A DNA stretch of 64,000 bases, taken from IMG/VR virus record IMGVR_UViG_3300044646_001246; one strand, written 5' to 3'. The DNA comes from an uncultured virus (IMG/VR IMGVR_UViG_3300044646_001246) (Duplodnaviria > Heunggongvirae > Uroviricota > Caudoviricetes). Below, piece by piece: positions 18,108 to 26,273 of the stretch (the first letter of the stretch is position 1; every line of letters starts with the position of its first letter). Below the pieces are notes generated by a model. It made no database searches, had not been told where the DNA came from, and saw only the letters and a program-made list of their open reading frames with translations. Both the position numbers and the translations under genes were made by a program.

Positions 18108-18429
18108 CAGCGGTCTGGTACTCCGGTGTTGATTTGGAAGCAGCACGCAGGAACTGGCCTGCGCAAAGTCGGCCCAAGGAAATGCCCGCAAAGATGACAC
18201 CTTTGAGGGGGCTGGTTTCCTGAGTGTGTTTTGGTTGATGAGGATCGGAATAACTGTCCTCTGCTGAGTTGCGCAGTTGCCAATGGAGCAACCGAGTCGT
18301 GAGAGTGCCAGCGTGGCGCGAGGCTATACTCAATCGACCGCCCCTGCCGCCAGAGCCATAAGCGGGGACCAAAGGCGTTTCAGAACAACCAGCGGACTAC
18401 CATACCGATAGCACAGAGACCACCACACA

Positions 18430-19923
18430 ATGACCACTTTCATCTACGTCCGCGTCTCGACCAAAGAGCAGCATCACGACGGCGCGTCCCTTCCCGTGCA
18501 AATCCGCCAGTGTCTTTCCTACTGCCGCATCAACCATCTCGCCCTTCATCCATCCGCCACGAATGTAGACACTCCCGGCGTCTTTGCTGATCCGGGCGTC
18601 TCGGCATGGAAAGTTCCTCTCTTTCAGCGGCCGGGGTTCTCTGCCCTGTGGCATCACGTCCAGCCCGGCGACACGATCGTCTTCATGTCATTCGATCGGG
18701 CGTTCAGGTCCACGCAGGACTTCTTCAACACATGGAACGTGATGAAGCAGAAGTCAGTCGTGCCGATGTTTGTTCGCGATGACATCCGCCTCGACACTGC
18801 TGCCGGCACGATGTGGGCGACCGTTGTGGCGGCATTCGCTCAGTATCAGTCGGACATTCTGTCAGAGCGAATCAGGGAGGCTTTTGCCATCCGACGCGCG
18901 GCGGGAATCACAAAGACTCCTAAACTGCCGAAGCGAACGGAAGTCTTTGAAGCCACAGAAGACATCCGCAAGATCTGCTCTGTCCGCAGTCACAAGCCCA
19001 GCACAAAGAAACTCGGTCGGGTGTTCGGGTATTGCCGTGTATCAACGGACGATCAGGATTCAGCCCCACAGGTGATCTCAGTTCGAGAGGGGATTGAACA
19101 TCGACTCGAGGAAGGCTACACGGACGGCGGCACATTCGTCGACAACGGCGTCTCGGCCTACTACATGAACTTCCGGGACCGTCCTGCAGGGAAGCAGATC
19201 TGGGATCAACTCCAGCCCGGGGATCTCATCATCGTCACTCGCCTCGACCGCATCTTCCGCTCGACCGTCGACATGGGATCCACCCTGAAAGAATTCGACC
19301 GCATGGGGGTGGCGTTCACGGATCGTCATTCGCACATCAACACATCCACACTCGGCGGCCGGACAATGGCAAACTTCCTCGCCGTCATGGCACAGTGGGA
19401 ATCTGAATCCATTTCATGGCGCGTCAAGTTGGCAATGGAGCAGTTGCAGGAAGTCCGCGGGCCATGGGCACCTAACTTGCTTCCACTGTGGGTCCGGATG
19501 GTCCCGTACAAAGTCGGCAACGAAACCCGCAACCGCATTGAGGTGATCCCGGAAGTCGTGCGGGACATGAGCCAGATCCGCGAGTTGTGGGATGCAGGGC
19601 TCACGCAGAACGAAGTCTCAGACATCATGCAGCGACAGCATGAGGCCGAGTTCGGATTCCCTCGCCCGATCCCGCGATGCGGGTTTGGAAGTCGCCGGTG
19701 CATCGAGCAGAAGCTCAGAAGCCGATCACAGTACGAGGAACTGAAGCAGGTCCGGACATACTGCGATCGGTTTGGGATTGGGTTGGACGACAAGATCGAT
19801 CGGCGGTATTCGCTGAACGAGCGGTTTTATTCGCTGGTTGAGGCGACGGGTGAGGAAGGGATGTTGACGCGGTATTTGAAAGCGAATGGTAGTGGGGAGA
19901 TTTTCACTGCAACATCTCCTTGA
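18430..19923 (+). CDS. serine recombinase with two tandem resolvase catalytic domains
   Basis: YVRVST...D.GVS...RP...DR.FRS and YCRVST...DNGVS...RP...LDRIFRS. Confidence 0.85.
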   Translation: MTTFIYVRVSTKEQHHDGASLPVQIRQCLSYCRINHLALHPSATNVDTPGVFADPGVSAWKVPLFQRPGFSALWHHVQPGDTIVFMSFDRAFRSTQDFFNTWNVMKQKSVVPMFVRDDIRLDTAAGTMWATVVAAFAQYQSDILSERIREAFAIRRAAGITKTPKLPKRTEVFEATEDIRKICSVRSHKPSTKKLGRVFGYCRVSTDDQDSAPQVISVREGIEHRLEEGYTDGGTFVDNGVSAYYMNFRDRPAGKQIWDQLQPGDLIIVTRLDRIFRSTVDMGSTLKEFDRMGVAFTDRHSHINTSTLGGRTMANFLAVMAQWESESISWRVKLAMEQLQEVRGPWAPNLLPLWVRMVPYKVGNETRNRIEVIPEVVRDMSQIRELWDAGLTQNEVSDIMQRQHEAEFGFPRPIPRCGFGSRRCIEQKLRSRSQYEELKQVRTYCDRFGIGLDDKIDRRYSLNERFYSLVEATGEEGMLTRYLKANGSGEIFTATSP

Positions 19924-20092
19924 TCTCACTCTCATCCACATACCACTGACCGCCGACTTTCTTCGCCCGCTTCAACACCTCAGTCCTGCACCATCGAGTG
20001 ATCTTGTCCTCCGTGCAGTCGAAGCCAGCATCCCTGAGCATGAGGGCCGCTGCGCGAGTTGTGATGCGTTTGACTTTCTTGTCATTCACCAT
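19904..20092 (-). CDS. small HTH (excisionase/HTH_17-like) protein
   Basis: TTRAAA...ITRWCR...AKKVGGQWYVD. Confidence 0.75.
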   Translation of the reverse strand: MVNDKKVKRITTRAAALMLRDAGFDCTEDKITRWCRTEVLKRAKKVGGQWYVDESEIKEMLQ

Positions 20093-20261
20093 TGATTTTT
20101 ACCTCTATCGAAAACATCCTCAGCCACTCCTCGAACCATCTACCCTTTCGACGAAAACTTCAACCCCTTCACTCCAGCCATTCCCGTCATCTTCTTGAAG
20201 TTCTTCAACGCCGTCACGCCTTGTCTTCCTCCTCCCGTTGAATGTCCTTAACACTTGTGGC

Positions 20262-21461
20262 ATGAGCGGGACATCAACACAATCACTTGCATCGATTATC
20301 GATTCAAATGCTTCGGGCACTCCCCAGGCATCAGCACCAGCGACGGCAATTCCGTCACTGCAACAAGCGATCGATTCAACATCGAGTGCCAGTGGCTCTG
20401 TTGTTGCCCCGCAGCCTGTGGGCACCACCTCTGCCCCGGCGGTTGACTCAGCCCCAGCCGCCGGGGCAACGCCAAGCTATACTCCAGTTACCGAGACTTC
20501 TCAGCAGCAACAGCAGGCTATCCTTCGTCAACTCCTGACTCAGCGTGGATTCAATATCCCATCTGAGTTCTCGAACGACGATCAGATTGCCGACCTGATT
20601 GCCGCTCAGTTGGATTCAGCGTCGACGATCGAGTCTTCGCCTGAGTTCCAGCAGTTCAAGGCATGGCAGGCACAGCAAGGCCAGTCGAATGCAGCAGGCA
20701 CGCCCGCCCCCGCAGTGCAAAGCAATCCCGCTCAAACTGCAAAAACCGAGGAAATCCCCGAATCCAAGATCCTGTCAGCCATCACTGACGGGTACGTGAC
20801 ATTCGACGCAGCCGCCAGGAAGTGGGTTCCAACCTACGCACAGTTCGCCTTACACGCAGACGCGATTAACAGCCGCGCCGAGAAGACGCAGCAAACGAAA
20901 ATCAACCTCGCGACTGATCCGCAGGACTTCATTCGTCAGCAGATTCAGGACGCGGTCAACACCCTGAAACCTCAGTCGGAAGTCAACGAACTCAAGCAGA
21001 TCTTAGAAGAGATCAAGCAAGAACGAGTCAACGCCCAATGGGCACAGGTTGATTCATGGATTGACCAGAATCGCCCGAAGCTGTTCTCTGCCGACAACAA
21101 ACCAACGCCATACGGCAATCTCTACGTTCAGTTTGAATCCGCAATCACATCAGCCGATCCTTCATTCGCCAATCGACCTCTGGAGCGACACAACGAGGTT
21201 CTCAAGCGAATTGCCATTGCCGAGCAGGCTTTCCGGCCAGCACAGCAGGCAAGTCCTCAGCAGGGGCAAGCTAATCCAGCCGCTCCCGCGCAACGTCCCT
21301 CGTTCCTTGATGGGGCAGCCCGTCGAAACGGAACGAATCGCCTTTCTGAATACACGGGGCCGGCCAACAACGCCGTGTCTGCGCAAGTTCCTCTTGGTCC
21401 CGGGGGTCTGCCGTCACTGAACGGCATCATCAACCAGATGACTTCCTTGACCTCCAATTGA
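20262..21461 (+). CDS. probable capsid scaffolding protein
   Basis: Q/A/P-rich helical protein immediately before the capsid gene. Confidence 0.55.
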   Translation: MSGTSTQSLASIIDSNASGTPQASAPATAIPSLQQAIDSTSSASGSVVAPQPVGTTSAPAVDSAPAAGATPSYTPVTETSQQQQQAILRQLLTQRGFNIPSEFSNDDQIADLIAAQLDSASTIESSPEFQQFKAWQAQQGQSNAAGTPAPAVQSNPAQTAKTEEIPESKILSAITDGYVTFDAAARKWVPTYAQFALHADAINSRAEKTQQTKINLATDPQDFIRQQIQDAVNTLKPQSEVNELKQILEEIKQERVNAQWAQVDSWIDQNRPKLFSADNKPTPYGNLYVQFESAITSADPSFANRPLERHNEVLKRIAIAEQAFRPAQQASPQQGQANPAAPAQRPSFLDGAARRNGTNRLSEYTGPANNAVSAQVPLGPGGLPSLNGIINQMTSLTSN

Positions 21462-21520
21462 TCCCGTCGCTCCTCTGACCACTGACTGATCCAATTCAGT
21501 TCTGACAAAGGCGAACAGCC

Positions 21521-22687
21521 ATGCCAAGTTTTCTTCAGGCCGATGCCGACATTCACATTAACAACATCCGAACTGCCGCGCCGCAGTACATGTCGGGCTT
21601 TGCAGATCTGACCATTCGTGGTCACATCCTGTTCAACCTGATGCGTGAATACGGGATGTTTGAATTCAACGCCACATCTGCATCGACGATCTATCAGATG
21701 CAGGTTCGAGAGCCTGAAGTTCGCACGTCGAACGACACGACTCGCAAGGTCTTCCAGAACAGCAACGTGTTCGAACAGTGCCAGGTGGGTATCCGCTGGT
21801 ACGAAGCGACCGACATGCTGTCCGAGATCCAGTGGAAGGAGAATCAGGGCAAGACTCAACTGGTCAACCTGTACGACTCCAAGATGAAGAATCTTGGAAC
21901 GGCCATGACTCGCCGTCTGCAGGAATGGTCATACCGAGACGGGAACGCCGCTCCGTATACGGACGGGTTTCAGGGGTTCGAAAGCTGTCTTGCTGCCGCA
22001 TCCGGCACAGTGGCCGCCGACAAGATTGCTCTGCCTGACGACTCGTATGCCGGGCACAACACCGATCTGGCTAACTTTGGCGGTACATGGTCAGACGACC
22101 TTCCATCTGGCGACAGATACAACGCCGGTCTCAGCAACGACTGGCCAATGGGTTCCGGCACATCGAACTATGACGCGTTCAGCCCTCTGCTGCTGAACTG
22201 GTCTTCAACCTCATGGGGTTCAGGTTCAGGCCTGTGGGAAGACAACGTCGAAGAAGTTCTCCGTGAAGGTTCTGCGATCATGCAGGGCAAGAACGGGTTC
22301 ATGAACACATCAGACGTGCCAGTAGTTTACCTGATGGCACCAAACCTGTACGTGAAAGCCAAGAACTTCTACAGCCAGCGTTTTCGCATGATGGCTCCGT
22401 ACCGCGAAAATGAAGTCGGCTTCCCATCAACCGGCACCATCAGCATTGATGGTGTGGTTTTGAAGTCTGACTGGGCTTGCCCTGCGAACGTGTTCTACGG
22501 TCTATGCCCGCAGCACATGGAAATGTTCTGGATGATCTGCCGCAACGCATCTGGCGAGAACCCGATGATCGATGTGGACGGCCCAATCTGGGACACGCCA
22601 ACAGCCTCATACCTGATGCGAGTTGCAGCCGGTGGAAACCTCCGAATGCAGCCGAAGTTCATGATGAAGGGTGAAGACTACGCATAA
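21521..22687 (+). CDS. major capsid protein
   Basis: 388 aa; 'QLVNLYDSKMKNLGTAM...YRDG' backbone-helix pattern; position. Confidence 0.7.
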   Translation: MPSFLQADADIHINNIRTAAPQYMSGFADLTIRGHILFNLMREYGMFEFNATSASTIYQMQVREPEVRTSNDTTRKVFQNSNVFEQCQVGIRWYEATDMLSEIQWKENQGKTQLVNLYDSKMKNLGTAMTRRLQEWSYRDGNAAPYTDGFQGFESCLAAASGTVAADKIALPDDSYAGHNTDLANFGGTWSDDLPSGDRYNAGLSNDWPMGSGTSNYDAFSPLLLNWSSTSWGSGSGLWEDNVEEVLREGSAIMQGKNGFMNTSDVPVVYLMAPNLYVKAKNFYSQRFRMMAPYRENEVGFPSTGTISIDGVVLKSDWACPANVFYGLCPQHMEMFWMICRNASGENPMIDVDGPIWDTPTASYLMRVAAGGNLRMQPKFMMKGEDYA

Positions 22688-22779
22688 GCCAGTTGGCTTC
22701 ATCTTTCACCTGATCTGTTACCTCGCACTTTGATTCACCTGCTCAACAAGTTTATTCGCTCCTCAAGGAGAGGGTCACC

Positions 22780-23289
22780 ATGACCGCAAATTTCCTGCTC
22801 GATCAGTACCGTGGCCAGAAGAATGTTGTTCCGGCCACTGCCCTCAAGATCGGTGAGTCCGGGTTCATTGAAGACGTGACGCGATCCGGCGGCAAGTCTT
22901 ACTACAACTCTGGCAATCTGATCGAGGTGATGATCTGCAAAGCTACGGCTACGCTTTCATCCGCTGCGGGCAAAGGTGTCGTATTCGACAACCATGCCTC
23001 AGCATGGGGTAACGTGGGGGCGTTCAGTTCCACTGTGGCTGTTGACGGAATTGTCGATCCGGAGCTGACTGGAAACCTTGCATCTGGCGACACATTCTTG
23101 GTCTATCGCAAGGGGCCAATGAACATCATCTGTGGCGGGTCGGTCACTGCTGGTGACGGGCTCAAGGGTACGACTGGCGGCAAGTTTATTACAGCCACTG
23201 AAATGGCTCCATCTCGCCGTGGTCGACTCATGGTTTCCGGTGCAGACACCGAGATCCGCCGGGCAATCATGGACTTCACGATTCCTTAA
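22780..23289 (+). CDS. probable capsid decoration/cement protein
   Basis: Small beta-rich protein after the MCP. Confidence 0.5.
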   Translation: MTANFLLDQYRGQKNVVPATALKIGESGFIEDVTRSGGKSYYNSGNLIEVMICKATATLSSAAGKGVVFDNHASAWGNVGAFSSTVAVDGIVDPELTGNLASGDTFLVYRKGPMNIICGGSVTAGDGLKGTTGGKFITATEMAPSRRGRLMVSGADTEIRRAIMDFTIP

Positions 23290-23340
23290 TCACGAGCCTC
23301 ACCCGGTCCCCGGGTCCGTGGCATTTCAAGGCGTTCAATC

Positions 23341-23448
23341 ATGTCATCCTCTGGAGCAACCACGAACGGACAACTTCCCAAAACACCTGCGACGCCAATT
23401 CGGAGTGATGACCGACTGGCAAAGGCTTGCAACTCGCACTGTAAGTAA
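23341..23448 (+). CDS. 35-aa small ORF
   Basis: Fills the gap; weak RBS AAGG. Confidence 0.35.
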   Translation: MSSSGATTNGQLPKTPATPIRSDDRLAKACNSHCK

Positions 23449-23475
23449 GAAGTAACCCGTTCACACGAGTGAACA

Positions 23476-24174
23476 ATGAGCGACGATTTCACAGTAACAC
23501 TGGAGAGCCTTCGGGTCGGCACGGGCAACTTGTTTGCCTGCATCCGATGCGGGGTTCCGAAGAAACGAGACGAGTTCATTGGCGATAGTATCGCCTGCCG
23601 AATGTGCGCAGGGAAGATGCTCGCCAACGCTCAAGCTCAGGTTACTGGTGAAGATCTTCGCAAGACACGTTTCGATCTGGCCCGGGAGGAATTGCAGGAT
23701 TCACAGACTCCGGCGATTCCTAACGGGGTCAGAAAAGCTCACGAGATCCTTGGCGGCAAGTCATCATCTGAACTTCTCGCTGAGTCTATCGTTGAACTGA
23801 GAACCGGCAAGGATGCGGAAGGCAAGGACACATTCTTGCCAAAAGACGGCAAGTTGTTTGTCCGAATGCTGGAGACTCTTCAGCGTGCGGAAATCAAGCA
23901 TGACGACTTCCTGAAGTCTCAGCCGCCTGCAACGAACATCACATACGAGGAAGCCACTCGGCTTTCAATCGACACGATCATTCAGGAGATGATCCGAGAT
24001 CGAAAGCTCAGGCTGGAAGTTCTCAGTATCCTGTACCAGCGGTGTCCTGGTCTTATCGACGATGTTATGGAAGTGGCGAGTGTAACGGTTATCAACCCTT
24101 CACCTGTTGGGCCGGTCCAGTCAGTTAAACCACCTGTCGAACCATCAGATCTGGAGAATGGGGGTGTCATATGA
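23476..24174 (+). CDS. possible terminase small subunit with N-terminal Zn finger
   Basis: ATGA-coupled to the large terminase; CIRC/CRMC. Confidence 0.45.
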   Translation: MSDDFTVTLESLRVGTGNLFACIRCGVPKKRDEFIGDSIACRMCAGKMLANAQAQVTGEDLRKTRFDLAREELQDSQTPAIPNGVRKAHEILGGKSSSELLAESIVELRTGKDAEGKDTFLPKDGKLFVRMLETLQRAEIKHDDFLKSQPPATNITYEEATRLSIDTIIQEMIRDRKLRLEVLSILYQRCPGLIDDVMEVASVTVINPSPVGPVQSVKPPVEPSDLENGGVI

Positions 24175-25940
24175 CAAGCTCAAACTCCACATCAAAACTG
24201 GAAGCACTGACAGCACTCAAGTCCCGCCGTATGGACGGGCTCCGCATGCTTCGCTTCACGCGAGAGCAAGCCGAAATCCTCAAAGACCCCTGCTCAGAAA
24301 TCATGCTCACCGGTTCGAACCGTGGTGGCAAGACTCTTCTCTCAGCAGCGAGGTTTGCCGCGATTGCCCGCGATATCCCACTGATGACAATGGATGGCGA
24401 TTTGATTGATTGCCGCCTACCTCACCAGAAAGACCGCGCCCTTCTCATGTGGGTGATTGGGGATTACCTCAAACACATCGGACAGACGATCTATCGCGTT
24501 CTGTTTCGCCCCGGCCTGTTCAAGATGGTCCTCGACGAACAGACCGGATGGTGGCGGGCATGGAATCCAGTCATGTTCCCGGCGGATCGGGACATTCCTC
24601 GACACAAGCAGATGCCAGCCCCGCCGCTGATTCCCGGATTCTCACTCGAGAAAGACATTGACAAGAACTCGGACATTCTGGACGTGGCCTGGTATCACGC
24701 CAATTTGAACCAGTTCGAATCTGTCACGCTGAAGAACGGCACACAGATTCTGGCTTACGCGAACAGTTCAGAAGTCAAGCAGGGCGATCCTGTTGACGAG
24801 ATCTGGATCGACGAGCAACTGGTGTTCGATGAGTATTACGACGAATACGTGATGCGACTGCTGGACAATGCCGGCCGCCTGCTGTGGTCCACAATCCCAC
24901 GCGATGCCTCAGCCGCTTACGGTCAGGTTGAAGAACGATCTATCCATCAGGAAGAGGAAGTCGGCCGCGGTGAGCGAACGCCTGAAGAAGTCACCACCCG
25001 CCTACACCGCGTAACACTCGCTAAGAACCCATTCATCTCTGAAGAACAGAAGGCAGTGGCAAACGAGCGATTGTCAGGCGACCGCGCACAGCTCGTGCGT
25101 ATTCAGGGTATGCGATCTGACCGAATCATTGCCGTCTACGGGGAATTCAATCCAGACTTCCACTGCGTCAAATACAACGACGATCTGATGAACGATCGTG
25201 TCACTGAAGCACTGGAGAAAAACAACTGGGCTCCTCCGGCCAACTGGACGCGGGAACTGATCATCGACCCGGGAACCGCGAAGCCAGCAGTATTGTTCGG
25301 CACAGTCCCGCCACCTGAAATGTGGGATCATGGCGAACCGTACTTCATCATCTACGGCGAGATCTACATTCGTCGTCTGGATGCGTATGGCATTGCCGCC
25401 AAGATCGCGGAGATGGAAATCGATCCAACATTCGAACGAATGATCATCGACAACCAGATGGCACGCCAGAAGCCTGCAGGGTTTTCAAAGACTGTCGGCC
25501 AACAGTACGCCGACGCGTTCAAGCCGAAAGAGATTCAGGCAGTCCAAACTGGCTACTCGTTTCTGCCGGGGGATCCTGATTTCCAGCAGAGGTCAACGAA
25601 GGTTCGAACAGCATTGCGAATGCGACCATGTGGCCGTCCGCAACTTCGAATCATCACTCAGCGATGCCCCGACACTGTCAGGCAGATGTTGCGAAACGTC
25701 CGCAAGACTGACAAGCAGGGGAATCCGCTGGAGGAACCGGCAAAGCATCAGCAAGACGACTTGCGTGTCTGCGTCGAATACTGGCTCAGTCGTCATCCCA
25801 CATGGGTTGAACCGCCTGACAGCATTGACAGATCCAAAGAGCCCGGGCTTCGAGCTTGGGAGAAGTGGATCAAGGAGCAGGATGAAAGACTTGGTAAGAG
25901 CAGGACTGATGGATCGATTGCCATTGGGATTGCTGGGTAG
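24171..25940 (+). CDS. terL: terminase large subunit
   Basis: GSNRGGKT Walker A, IWIDE Walker B, nuclease IIDPG and DD.R motifs. Confidence 0.9.
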   Translation: MTSSNSTSKLEALTALKSRRMDGLRMLRFTREQAEILKDPCSEIMLTGSNRGGKTLLSAARFAAIARDIPLMTMDGDLIDCRLPHQKDRALLMWVIGDYLKHIGQTIYRVLFRPGLFKMVLDEQTGWWRAWNPVMFPADRDIPRHKQMPAPPLIPGFSLEKDIDKNSDILDVAWYHANLNQFESVTLKNGTQILAYANSSEVKQGDPVDEIWIDEQLVFDEYYDEYVMRLLDNAGRLLWSTIPRDASAAYGQVEERSIHQEEEVGRGERTPEEVTTRLHRVTLAKNPFISEEQKAVANERLSGDRAQLVRIQGMRSDRIIAVYGEFNPDFHCVKYNDDLMNDRVTEALEKNNWAPPANWTRELIIDPGTAKPAVLFGTVPPPEMWDHGEPYFIIYGEIYIRRLDAYGIAAKIAEMEIDPTFERMIIDNQMARQKPAGFSKTVGQQYADAFKPKEIQAVQTGYSFLPGDPDFQQRSTKVRTALRMRPCGRPQLRIITQRCPDTVRQMLRNVRKTDKQGNPLEEPAKHQQDDLRVCVEYWLSRHPTWVEPPDSIDRSKEPGLRAWEKWIKEQDERLGKSRTDGSIAIGIAG

Positions 25941-25958
25941 TTTTAAGAAAGAGCGACA

Positions 25959-26270
25959 ATGTCCGAGATCAAATACCGGCTCGAAGAAATCGTTGATGAA
26001 TCCTTCACGCCACGCGCGGGGGATCGAGTGTTCTGGTTTCCTACAGGGGATCCAAAAGATAAGCCACACGCCGCTGTTGTGAACGTGGATTCCAATGCAC
26101 AACGCGTAGTGAGTCTGAGCATCTTCTACAACGGTGTGGTCGACAAGACCGCAGTCAAACACATGAGCGTGAACGCGACTCAGATTGACCGCCGGTCCAA
26201 TGGCGGCTGGGCGTGGAATCGCGAGTTCAAGCCAGCACCTGTGGCCACTGAAGAAAAGAAAAAGAAGTAA
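25959..26270 (+). CDS. hypothetical protein
   Basis: 103-aa ORF in the operon. Confidence 0.7.
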   Translation: MSEIKYRLEEIVDESFTPRAGDRVFWFPTGDPKDKPHAAVVNVDSNAQRVVSLSIFYNGVVDKTAVKHMSVNATQIDRRSNGGWAWNREFKPAPVATEEKKKK

Positions 26271-26273
26271 CCC

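Larger units (their letters stand above)
16350..18412 (+). repeat. array of eight 25-bp sites, consensus AACAGCGGA-N7-TCCGCTGTT (16350, 16649, 17233, 17567, 17791, 18106, 18241, and inverted 18388)
   Basis: Manual alignment; six sites overlap the stop codon of the preceding gene. Confidence 0.8.

Noticed and set aside
16350..18412. CRISPR array or classical integron attC reading
   Set aside because: Repeats are degenerate, units are gene-sized and no cas genes are present; sites are far shorter than attC and lack the R/L box hairpin
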